Of a stretch of DNA of 56,342 bases, positions 9,389-17,971 are shown piece by piece; the stretch's first letter is position 1, and every line of letters starts with the position of its first letter. The DNA is taken from contig CALVRL010000001.1 in assembly GCA_944358625.1 (NCBI GenBank), forward strand, positions 1-56,342. The letters are read 5' to 3'. Under the pieces are notes generated by a model. That model did no database searches, had not been told where the DNA came from, and saw nothing but the letters and a program-made list of their open reading frames with translations. Position numbers and translations under genes: made by a program. Source of the DNA: an uncultured Bacilli bacterium (GTDB lineage Bacteria > Bacillota_I > Bacilli_A > RF39 > UBA660).

Positions 9389-10948
9389 ATGAAACCAAAA
9401 TTTTATATAACAACATCTATATTTTACGCATCATCAAAACCACATATAGGAAATACATATGAAGGAATACTAACAGACGCTATCGCACGTTACAAAAGAT
9501 TAATGGGCTATGACGTAATGTTTACAACAGGGACAGACGAACACGGCGAAAAAGTAGAAACAAAAGCTATAGAAGCAAATAAAAGTCCACAAGAATATGT
9601 AGATGATATATCACTAGAAGTAAGAAGAATAGATGATATCATGAATATAAGCTATGATAAATTTGTTAGAACAACAAATAATCATCATAAAGAAATAGTT
9701 GCAAAAATATTCAAAAAACTATATGAAAATGGAGATATTTACAAAGGAAAATATGAAGGTTTATACTGCACACCTTGTGAATCATTCTTTACCGAAAAAG
9801 AACTAGTAGATGGAAAATGTCCAGACTGCGGAAGAGAAGTTCATAAGACAAGTGAAGAAGCATATTTCTTAAAATTAAGTAAATACAACAAGTGGTTAGA
9901 AGAATATATCGAAAACCACCCAGATTTTATTAAACCAGAAAGTAGAAAAAATGAAATAGTAAATAATTTTATAAAACCAGGAGTTCAAGATTTATGTATT
10001 TCAAGAACAGCATTTGACTGGGGAGTTAAAGTTCCATTTGATGATAAGCACGTAATCTACGTATGGCTAGATGCCCTAACAAACTATATAACATTTATAG
10101 GATATGATCCGGATGGAAGCACAGAAGAATTCAAAAAATATTGGCCAGCAGATGTACACATAATAGGAAAAGATATATTAAGATTTCATACAATTTATTG
10201 GCCAGTAATTCTAAAAGCATTAGATTTACCAATGCCAAAATGTATATTCGGTCATCCATGGGTATTATCATCACAAAGCGATAAAATGAGTAAATCAAAA
10301 GGAAATGTTCTATATGCAGACGAACTAGCAAATCTATTTGGAGTAGATGAAATAAGATATTATGTACTACACGAAATACCATACGGTTATGACGGTGATA
10401 TCGGTTATGAATTAATTATCGATAGAGTAAATTCAGATTTAGCTAACACGTTAGGAAATCTAGTAAATAGAACAGTTAGTATGTCACATAAATATTTTGA
10501 TGGAATAGTCTATGAACAAACAAAAATAGAAGAAATAGACCAAAAATTAATCAAAAGTGCGACAAGATTAGGAGATAGGATAGAAGAAAAAATGGAAGAT
10601 TTAAAAGTAGCCGAAGCAATTGAAGAAATAATAGAATTATCTAGAAAATGTAATAAATACATAGATGAAACAACACCATGGATTTTAGCTAAAGATGAAT
10701 CACAAAAAGAAAGACTACAAACAGTTTTATATAATTTGCTAGAAACAGTAAGAATAATTGCTGTTTACCTATCTGCATTTTTACCAGAAACAGCAGATAA
10801 AATATTTAAACAATTAAATACTCAAAACCGTTCTATAGAATCTACAAAAACCTTTAAAGGAATGGATTCAGGAATAAAATTAAATAAACCAGAAATACTA
10901 TTTGCTAGAATAGATAAAGATAAATTTCAAGAAGAATTACAAAAGTAA
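9389..10948 (+). CDS. metG: methionine--tRNA ligase (short form, with Zn knuckle)
   Basis: Class I signatures PHIGN and KMSKS, and CTPCE...CPDCG. SD AAGGAGGA. Confidence 0.95.
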   Translation: MKPKFYITTSIFYASSKPHIGNTYEGILTDAIARYKRLMGYDVMFTTGTDEHGEKVETKAIEANKSPQEYVDDISLEVRRIDDIMNISYDKFVRTTNNHHKEIVAKIFKKLYENGDIYKGKYEGLYCTPCESFFTEKELVDGKCPDCGREVHKTSEEAYFLKLSKYNKWLEEYIENHPDFIKPESRKNEIVNNFIKPGVQDLCISRTAFDWGVKVPFDDKHVIYVWLDALTNYITFIGYDPDGSTEEFKKYWPADVHIIGKDILRFHTIYWPVILKALDLPMPKCIFGHPWVLSSQSDKMSKSKGNVLYADELANLFGVDEIRYYVLHEIPYGYDGDIGYELIIDRVNSDLANTLGNLVNRTVSMSHKYFDGIVYEQTKIEEIDQKLIKSATRLGDRIEEKMEDLKVAEAIEEIIELSRKCNKYIDETTPWILAKDESQKERLQTVLYNLLETVRIIAVYLSAFLPETADKIFKQLNTQNRSIESTKTFKGMDSGIKLNKPEILFARIDKDKFQEELQK

Positions 10949-11052
10949 CGTAAATTGTTGTAAATTGTCATACAAAAAACTATAAAAATACTTGTTTACA
11001 TATATAATAATATGGTATTTTAAAAAAGGACGGATATTAGAGAGGAAAAAAC

Positions 11053-11226
11053 ATGACCAAACATTTGAGTGGAATTGGTATGTTGTTTGTTATATCTATA
11101 ATTTATTTAAGTATGAATATTATTAATAATTTTAACTATCTAGACTTCGCATATTTACTATTTATGATTACCTGCTTCATTAGATTTATTCAAATTAAAA
11201 AGCAAGAACTTAAAGGAAAACTTTAG
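11053..11226 (+). CDS. small two-TM membrane protein (57 aa), absent from the ORF track
   Basis: ATG preceded by AGAGAGGAAAAAAC. Translates MTKHLSGIGMLFVISIIYLSMNIINNFNYLDFAYLLFMITCFIRFIQIKKQELKGKL. It sits in an otherwise empty 310-bp gap. Confidence 0.45.
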   Translation: MTKHLSGIGMLFVISIIYLSMNIINNFNYLDFAYLLFMITCFIRFIQIKKQELKGKL

Positions 11227-11268
11227 GTTCTTTTATTAAAAAATGTTATAATTAAAAAGGTGATAATT

Positions 11269-12021
11269 ATGTTAATAGATACACACTGCCATATAAGTGA
11301 TGAAGATTATGATAATAAAGAAGAAATCATAAAACATATGGAAGATAATATAATGATAGTAAGTACTGCTAGTCCAAAAGATATAAAAGAAGTAATTAAC
11401 ATCTGTGAAAAATATAAAAATATCTATGGAACTATCGGTATTCATCCCGAATTTGCAGATACCTATAAAGAAGATGACATAAAACAAATAAAAAAATATA
11501 TAAAACATCCCAAAATAGTAGGTATCGGTGAAATAGGATTAGACTACCATTATACAAAAGAAAATAAAGAAAAACAAAAAGAACTATTTATAAAACAAAT
11601 AAAGATTGCAAATAAATACAATAAAACCATAGTCATACATAGTAGAGATGCAATAGAAGATACATATAATATAATCAAAGAATATAGCAAAGTAAAATGC
11701 AATATGCACTGTTTTAGTGGTAGCCTAGAAATGGCAGAAAGATTCATAAAGTTAGGTGTAAAACTCGGTATAGGAGGTGTTCTAACCTTTAAAAATGAAA
11801 AGAAATTAAAGGAAATAGTAACAGCTTTAGATATCCATAATTTTATTTTAGAAACCGATAGTCCATATCTAACCCCAGAGCCATTAAGAGGACATAAAAA
11901 TGAACCAATAAACGTAAAATATGTAGCTACCAAAATATCCCAATTAAAGGGTATTTCATACGCAAAAACCGTTGAAATTACTAGCCAAACGGCTATTAAT
12001 CAATTTGACTTAAAACTATAA
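11269..12021 (+). CDS. tatD: TatD-family metal-dependent DNase/hydrolase
   Basis: Motifs DTHCH, GEIGLDY, IHSRDA and ETDSPYL. ATG at 11269 lies 5 nt after GGTGA. metG-tatD synteny is conserved. Confidence 0.9.
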   Translation: MLIDTHCHISDEDYDNKEEIIKHMEDNIMIVSTASPKDIKEVINICEKYKNIYGTIGIHPEFADTYKEDDIKQIKKYIKHPKIVGIGEIGLDYHYTKENKEKQKELFIKQIKIANKYNKTIVIHSRDAIEDTYNIIKEYSKVKCNMHCFSGSLEMAERFIKLGVKLGIGGVLTFKNEKKLKEIVTALDIHNFILETDSPYLTPEPLRGHKNEPINVKYVATKISQLKGISYAKTVEITSQTAINQFDLKL

Positions 12022-12068
12022 ATATGGTATACTTTAAATGGTTTCAATTTTGAAATATGAGGTGAAAT

Positions 12069-12767
12069 ATGAATAAAAATCACCTGAAATATTTAGGAGT
12101 ATCTTTACTAATAAGTATCCTAACTATTACAGGTATATTAACATCTGGAAACCTAATTTCAGAAAAGAAATTTGAAGTAAAAAATTTAAACCAAACAAAA
12201 AATTCTATAGCTTTTACTAAAGTTATAGAGTATGATACAGTCGAAACTTATAACAATAAAATACCTACAGGAGTCACGATAACAAGAAAGAAGGGGCATA
12301 ACGGACTAGCATACGTTGATGAAAATAACAATGAAACCATCATTGAAAGTCCAAAAAATGCGAAAATCGAAATTGGAACTGGTGACGAAGCAAATTATGT
12401 AGGTAAAATGACAGGTTATGGGGCCGACTGCGTAGGGTGCACAGGAACATTAGCTTGTAAAACAAAAAATGGAAGCTATCACAATTTAATAAAAGATGGA
12501 ACTACATATAATGATGAAGAATATGGAAATGTTAAAATAATAGCTGCAGCTTTAGAAAAATTTCCATGTGGTACAATTATAAAAGTAGAAAATCCAAACT
12601 TAGGCACCTTTAATGCTATAGTATTAGATACAGGTGGAGCTATGAAAAGTGCTTGGGTAAATGGAATAGTTCATATGGATTTAGCCTATGTAACTGAAAC
12701 CGATCCAGCTATTCATTTATCCACAAGTTCTAATGTAAAATATAGTGTGCAAAGATGGGGATTTTAA
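12069..12767 (+). CDS. membrane-anchored 3D-domain (MltA-like double-psi barrel) cell-wall protein with G5-like region
   Basis: N-terminal TM segment. MTGYGADCVGCTG...DTGGAM is typical of YabE/YuiC-type 3D domains. Confidence 0.75.
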   Translation: MNKNHLKYLGVSLLISILTITGILTSGNLISEKKFEVKNLNQTKNSIAFTKVIEYDTVETYNNKIPTGVTITRKKGHNGLAYVDENNNETIIESPKNAKIEIGTGDEANYVGKMTGYGADCVGCTGTLACKTKNGSYHNLIKDGTTYNDEEYGNVKIIAAALEKFPCGTIIKVENPNLGTFNAIVLDTGGAMKSAWVNGIVHMDLAYVTETDPAIHLSTSSNVKYSVQRWGF

Positions 12768-12782
12768 ACCCCATTTTTTTCT
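12755..12782 (+). terminator. intrinsic terminator
   Basis: ATGGGG (12755-12760) pairs with CCCCAT (12769-12774), followed by a T7 run. It overlaps the stop codon. Confidence 0.6.
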
Positions 12783-12870
12783 TAATTTTTTCTTAACATT
12801 TATTAATAAATAATTAAAAAAACTTATAATTAAATTGATTTGAGTTAATATTGCCTTAGAGGTGATATTA

Positions 12871-13515
12871 ATGAAAAAATTCTTAACACTAACCGTTGGA
12901 ATATTACTTATACTATGGATATACTACTTACAAAAACCATATATAAATACAAAAATAAATCCCATCAGTGAAATAGACCCTTTAATTTTAGTAAATAGCA
13001 ATAATTCATTTCCAGAAAATGTCAAATTAAATTTAGTAAGCTTTCAAAAAAAACAAGTAGCTGATATAATATACAATGATTTAATAGATATGTATAATTC
13101 TGCTTTAGATGATAACATAACTTTAAAAATAAATAATGCGTATCGCACTAAAAAAGAGCAAACGAAAATGTTTAATGATAAAATGCAAAGTTATATAAAT
13201 GATGGTTATTCCAAAGAAAAAGCTTATAATCAAACCATACTAACTGTTCAAAAACCAGGTTATTCTGAACACGAAACAGGACTAGCCATTGACTTTAGTA
13301 ATGAAGGACATTATGATGAAAATGAAAAAATGTGGGAGTGGTTAAAAAATAATGCTTATAAATATGGTTTCATTTTAAGATATCCATATAATAAATATGA
13401 AATAACCAAAATTGATTATGAACCATGGCATTACCGTTATGTTGGTAAAAAAGCAGCTAAAGAAATAACTAATCAAAATTTAACTTTAGAAGAATATGTG
13501 GGAGGAAATCTATGA
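12871..13515 (+). CDS. VanY-type D-alanyl-D-alanine carboxypeptidase (peptidase M15B)
   Basis: SEHETGLAIDF and EPWHYRYVG Zn-ligand motifs, with an N-terminal TM anchor. ATG at 12871 lies 5 nt after GAGGTGA. Confidence 0.85.
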   Translation: MKKFLTLTVGILLILWIYYLQKPYINTKINPISEIDPLILVNSNNSFPENVKLNLVSFQKKQVADIIYNDLIDMYNSALDDNITLKINNAYRTKKEQTKMFNDKMQSYINDGYSKEKAYNQTILTVQKPGYSEHETGLAIDFSNEGHYDENEKMWEWLKNNAYKYGFILRYPYNKYEITKIDYEPWHYRYVGKKAAKEITNQNLTLEEYVGGNL

Positions 13516-14189
13516 ATATACTAGTTGTCGATGACGAAATAGAAATTGCCGATTTAATAGAATTATATTTAAAAAATGAAGGCTACAATGTTTATAAAAC
13601 CTATAGTAGTGAAAAAGCCTTAAAAATAATTGAAAAAAGAAACATTGACCTTGCCTTATTAGATATCATGATGCCAGGTATTAATGGATTTACATTATGC
13701 CAAACTATCAGAAAAAAGCACAATTTTCCAATTATTATGGTTACCGCTAAAATAACTGATGCCGACAAAATAAAAGGGTTAAATATAGGTGCAGATGATT
13801 ACATAACAAAACCATTTATGCCCCTAGAACTTATAGCTAGAGTAAAAGCCCAATTAAGAAGATATAAAAGCTATAATCAAAGTCAAAACAAAATATTAGT
13901 TATTAAAGATTTAACCTTAGATAAAGATAAACACGAATGTTTAAAAAACGGAAAAAAAATAAATTTAACTCCAACCGAGTTTTCTATTTTATATCTTCTA
14001 GCTAATAATAAAGATAAAGTAATAACAACAAAAAGCCTATTTGAAGAAGTATGGAAAGAACCTTATCTAACATCTAGCAGTGCAACTATCATGGTCCATA
14101 TTCGCCATTTAAGAGAAAAATTAGGAGAAAATGATAAAATAAAATATATAAATACCATATGGGGAGTAGGTTATCAAATTGAAAAATAA
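13512..14189 (+). CDS. OmpR/PhoB-family response regulator (VanR-like)
   Basis: Receiver domain DLALLDIMMPG and a winged-helix C-terminus IWGVGY. ATGA overlap with the upstream gene. Confidence 0.9.
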   Translation: MNILVVDDEIEIADLIELYLKNEGYNVYKTYSSEKALKIIEKRNIDLALLDIMMPGINGFTLCQTIRKKHNFPIIMVTAKITDADKIKGLNIGADDYITKPFMPLELIARVKAQLRRYKSYNQSQNKILVIKDLTLDKDKHECLKNGKKINLTPTEFSILYLLANNKDKVITTKSLFEEVWKEPYLTSSSATIMVHIRHLREKLGENDKIKYINTIWGVGYQIEK

Positions 14190-15255
14190 ATATGGAAAAG
14201 AATTAACCTTTAAATTCTTAAAAAAACTTTTTAAAGTAACAATTTTATATACGATTTGTTTTATCATATTTTATATAGTTGGACATCACTTATGTTCCAT
14301 GGTTACCTGGTATGCTGAAGACCCATTATATATCATATTAACAAATATCTTTTATCAGGGTTTTTTCTTACTTATAATATGGTTTATAGGTTTTATTATA
14401 ATATTTACTATAACCTTAATGAAATCATTATCCTATATCGATGCCCTAGTTTCTGAAAGTAAAAAATTAATCACTAAAACAGATGAAAAAATAAATCTTC
14501 CAGAAGATTTAAAAGAAGCTGAAGAAACTATGAATCAAATAAAAAAGGAAGCTTTATTTAATGAACGATTAGCTAAAGAAAACGAACAAAAGAAAAATGA
14601 TTTAATAGTCTATTTAGCTCATGATTTAAAAACTCCCCTAACCTCTATAATTGGTTATCTATCTTTATTAGACGAAGAAAAAAAATTAAGTTCTAAACAA
14701 AAAAACAAATTTATTAAAATAGCCTTAGAAAAATCTAATAAATTAGAAGAATTAATAAACGAACTATTTGAAATAACTAAATATAATTCCGAAACTTTAA
14801 CCATTAAAAAAGCAAAAATTAATTTAACCTTATTAATTAATCAAGTTATCGACGAATTTTATCCAATATTAAAAGAGCAAAATAAAAAAATAAACTTTTC
14901 TATAGAAAAAGATATTTTTATAGAGGCTGATTCTATTAAAATGGCTAGAGTTTTTAATAATCTAATTAAAAATGCGATTAATTATAGTTATGAAAACACT
15001 TCTATTAATATAGATATAAAGGAAGAAAATGACTTAATTATAAATATTTCTAATAAAAGTAAAACTTTAAAAAAAGAAGAGTTAGATAAAATATTTGATA
15101 AATTTTATAGAGTAGATTATTCAAGAAATACCAAATTAGGTGGTTCTGGTCTAGGACTAGCCATAGCCAAAGAAATAATCAAATTACATAATGGCAATAT
15201 AACCATTAAAAGTGAAAATGAAGAAACAACAATTACAGTAAAATTACCAAAATAA
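14179..15255 (+). CDS. sensor histidine kinase (VanS-like)
   Basis: Two N-terminal TM segments, H-box LAHDLKTPLTSIIGY, N-box NLIKNAINYS and G-box GGSGLGLAIAK. Confidence 0.9.
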   Translation: MKNKYGKELTFKFLKKLFKVTILYTICFIIFYIVGHHLCSMVTWYAEDPLYIILTNIFYQGFFLLIIWFIGFIIIFTITLMKSLSYIDALVSESKKLITKTDEKINLPEDLKEAEETMNQIKKEALFNERLAKENEQKKNDLIVYLAHDLKTPLTSIIGYLSLLDEEKKLSSKQKNKFIKIALEKSNKLEELINELFEITKYNSETLTIKKAKINLTLLINQVIDEFYPILKEQNKKINFSIEKDIFIEADSIKMARVFNNLIKNAINYSYENTSINIDIKEENDLIINISNKSKTLKKEELDKIFDKFYRVDYSRNTKLGGSGLGLAIAKEIIKLHNGNITIKSENEETTITVKLPK

Positions 15256-15341
15256 AGTGTTAATATAAACAACATTACAATTTTTATCATCAATAAAATA
15301 TATTATAAATTCTTCTTTATATATAAATCATAAAATAATAT

Positions 15342-16211
15342 TTATATTTGTGACTGTTTATTAATATTAAAATTTTCTACAATCAAATTTTTAAACTTTG
15401 TTGCATATATATTTATATTTTCTTTATTTAAAATCAAATAAATGTCAGTAATCGCCACATCTTCTCTTATAATTTCTACTTTCTTATCGTTTAAATAATT
15501 ATTTACAAATTCTATTGGAATAACCCCTACTCCAACATTTTGTAAAACTAGTTCATATATTTGATAATAGTTATCCACTATTATAGTATTTTTATTTTCA
15601 ATCTTAAGGTTATTTATAATTTCTATATCATTACAAATAATTTTATTATTTTTTAAATCATTATAGCTAAAAGTAGTATTAGAAAATATATTTTTAATAA
15701 TACAAAAATGTAATTGAGTTAATTTAGTAATTTCAAAATTATTTTTATCAATATTATCTTTATTTAAAGTAGTAATAATAAAATCTATTTTTTCCTCCAT
15801 CATTTCATTTAGTAGTAAATTCGTAGAATGCTCGTGAATGCCAACTAAAACATTGCTATATTTTAATGTTAACTTTTTAAGGGCTTTAATAATATATTGC
15901 TGAAGAAACGCATCATTAATACCAATAATTAATTTTTTTTGCTTACTTTGTTTTAAAGATAAATTTTTTTCCGCACTTAATATTTGTTCTATAGCGGGCT
16001 TAATTTGTTTATAAAGTTCTTTACCAGTTTTTGTTAGTTTAGTTCCCTTAGTATTTCTAATAAACAATGTTGTATTTAATTGTTTTTCTAAATTATTTAT
16101 ACTTTGAGTAACTGCTGGTTGGGAAATAAATAATTTTTTAGCAGCTTCAGTAATAGTTTTAGAATTAGCTACAACAAAAAATATTTTATATAATTCATAG
16201 TTAACATTCAT
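15342..16211 (-). CDS. LysR-family transcriptional regulator
   Basis: HTH ITEAAKKLFISQPAVTQSINNLEKQL, about 290 aa. ATG at 16211 lies 5 nt after GGAGGG; the track start at 16256 lacks an SD. Confidence 0.85.
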   Translation of the reverse strand: MNVNYELYKIFFVVANSKTITEAAKKLFISQPAVTQSINNLEKQLNTTLFIRNTKGTKLTKTGKELYKQIKPAIEQILSAEKNLSLKQSKQKKLIIGINDAFLQQYIIKALKKLTLKYSNVLVGIHEHSTNLLLNEMMEEKIDFIITTLNKDNIDKNNFEITKLTQLHFCIIKNIFSNTTFSYNDLKNNKIICNDIEIINNLKIENKNTIIVDNYYQIYELVLQNVGVGVIPIEFVNNYLNDKKVEIIREDVAITDIYLILNKENINIYATKFKNLIVENFNINKQSQI

Positions 16212-16368
16212 ATTTGCCCTCCAATAAATAACAAACTCCAAGCAAATATACACCATATACTACTCGGAGTTTTTTTAACAAAAAATAAAATTATATCTAA
16301 ATTATATAGCTTAAAGGCTTTAAAGTCAATGAATTATATACCTATTATCCCCTATTAGCCATAAGCAA

Positions 16369-16388
16369 TTCTTATAATAATATAAGAA
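16369..16388. promoter_or_regulatory. perfect 8-4-8 palindrome overlapping a TATAAT box; candidate operator in the LysR/rSAM divergent region
   Basis: TTCTTATA-ATAA-TATAAGAA. TATAAT at 16373-16378 lies about 75 bp upstream of the rSAM ATG. Confidence 0.3.
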
Positions 16389-16452
16389 AATAATATTTTA
16401 TTTTTTAAAATATTATATATAAAATAAAGTCTAATAAAGGAAGTGTTAGCAA

Positions 16453-17967
16453 ATGAAATTAGTAAATCCAAATGTTAAATATAAAAATTCATATTTAGAT
16501 TTAGTTAAAGCAGCTAAAAAAAATGGCGATATAAATGAAATGGGTAATGCTTATAAAGAAAACGAAACTTTTGAGCAAATGATCAAAAGATTAAAAGACC
16601 GTTCCAAAGGCAAAAATATTTCAAAATTAGAAGTTCCATCATCAATGAAATGGATAATTGAAAATAATGAAGTAGTTGGAACAATAGATTTAAGGCATTT
16701 ACTAAATAAAAGTTATTTTGAAAGATTAGGTCATGTTGCTTACTATATCCATCCCCAAAAAAGAAATAAAGGATATGCCTCTAAAGCATTAGCTTTAGCC
16801 ATTAAATGGTATAAAAAAATGCCAATCAATAAAATTTTAATTACCTGTTATAGTGATAACGAAGCTTCCAAAAAAGTTATTTTAAAAAACGGTGGAAAAT
16901 TTGAAAAAAGTGTTAAGGACAAAATGAGTAATAAAACAATTAATCGTTACTTAATAGATATAAGCGATACAACCTTTCCCCGAGTAGCTTGGTTTACAAC
17001 TAATAGAAGTTGTAATTGTAAATGTACATGGTGTTATGCCAACGACTATAAAAATAAAAATTTATCTATGAATTATGAAACAGCCAAACAATACATAAAA
17101 ATATTACCCAAAATCGGTATCAGAAAAGTTATTTTAATAGGTGGAGAGCCCACAATATATAAAGATATTAATAAAATAATTAAAGCTATTAATAAAGAAA
17201 ATATAAATATATCTATGGCTAGTAATGGAATAAAGTTTTCTGACTACAAATTTGCTGAATCACTTGTAAATGCTGGATTAAAATCAGTAAATATATCCTT
17301 AAAAGGAACTAGTGAATCAGAATATTTAACAAATACTAAAATATATGGTTTAGAAAAAACTATAAAAGGTTATAAAAAGCTAAAACAACTTGGAATAAAT
17401 GTAAGTTTATCATATGTTCTTTGTTCCAATGATAATAAAAAAATTGATGAATTATATGAATTAATGAAAGAAAATAACTTAGATAATATTTCTTTCCAAT
17501 TATATAAACCTTCTATAAATAGTAAAGATGAAACAAATATAAATGATCTAGTTTCAATATGTGAATATGTTTATAATAAATTTGAAAATAGTTCTTTTAA
17601 TTATTCAATTGAAATGTCATTACCATTATGCTTACTACCAAATAAACTCCTAAAAGACTTAACCGATAAAAAAAGAATTACCACATGCTGCCATATAGGT
17701 AAAGGCTCAGGCATAATCTTTGATACAAACTTTAATATCCTTCCTTGTAATCATTTTTTAGATATATCTTTAAATAAAGAAAAAATAATGCCTAATCAAA
17801 TTATTAAATTTTGGAATTCAACCACTGCACAAACATTCAGAAATAAAATTAATACATTTCCTTTAAAACATTGTAATAAATGTGACAAATGGCAAATTTG
17901 TGGAGGAGGATGCTCTTTAAGATGGTTAAATCCATCATTAAAAAAATACATGAATGAAAGGAGGTGA
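16453..17967 (+). CDS. fusion protein: N-terminal GNAT acetyltransferase domain plus radical SAM/SPASM peptide-maturase domain
   Basis: GNAT motif A HPQKRNKGYASKALA and SKKVILKNGGKFE. CX3CX2C is CNCKCTWC (nt 17011-17034). SPASM elements are CCHIGKG...LPC and CX2CX5CX3C = CNKCDKWQICGGGC (nt 17872-17913). Confidence 0.85.
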   Translation: MKLVNPNVKYKNSYLDLVKAAKKNGDINEMGNAYKENETFEQMIKRLKDRSKGKNISKLEVPSSMKWIIENNEVVGTIDLRHLLNKSYFERLGHVAYYIHPQKRNKGYASKALALAIKWYKKMPINKILITCYSDNEASKKVILKNGGKFEKSVKDKMSNKTINRYLIDISDTTFPRVAWFTTNRSCNCKCTWCYANDYKNKNLSMNYETAKQYIKILPKIGIRKVILIGGEPTIYKDINKIIKAINKENINISMASNGIKFSDYKFAESLVNAGLKSVNISLKGTSESEYLTNTKIYGLEKTIKGYKKLKQLGINVSLSYVLCSNDNKKIDELYELMKENNLDNISFQLYKPSINSKDETNINDLVSICEYVYNKFENSSFNYSIEMSLPLCLLPNKLLKDLTDKKRITTCCHIGKGSGIIFDTNFNILPCNHFLDISLNKEKIMPNQIIKFWNSTTAQTFRNKINTFPLKHCNKCDKWQICGGGCSLRWLNPSLKKYMNERR

Positions 17968-17971
17968 GAAA

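Noticed and set aside
12717-12725. Perfect DnaA-box TTATCCACA (also at 22821..22829), considered as a possible oriC signal given the origin-proximal gene content
   Set aside because: These are single isolated boxes inside coding sequences. There is no cluster, no adjacent AT-rich unwinding element, and no dnaA or dnaN in the window.
12871-15255. Calling the VanY/VanR/VanS-like genes a vancomycin-resistance operon
   Set aside because: No D-Ala-D-Lac/Ser ligase, dehydrogenase/racemase or VanX is present. Only a cell-wall-stress module can be supported.
16453-17967. Interpreting the rSAM/SPASM protein as an anaerobic sulfatase-maturating enzyme or a cofactor (PQQ/mycofactocin) enzyme
   Set aside because: The window contains no sulfatase, pqqA-D or mft genes. 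The presence of a coupled Cys-rich small ORF fits a RiPP maturase better. This needs homology searches to exclude fully.
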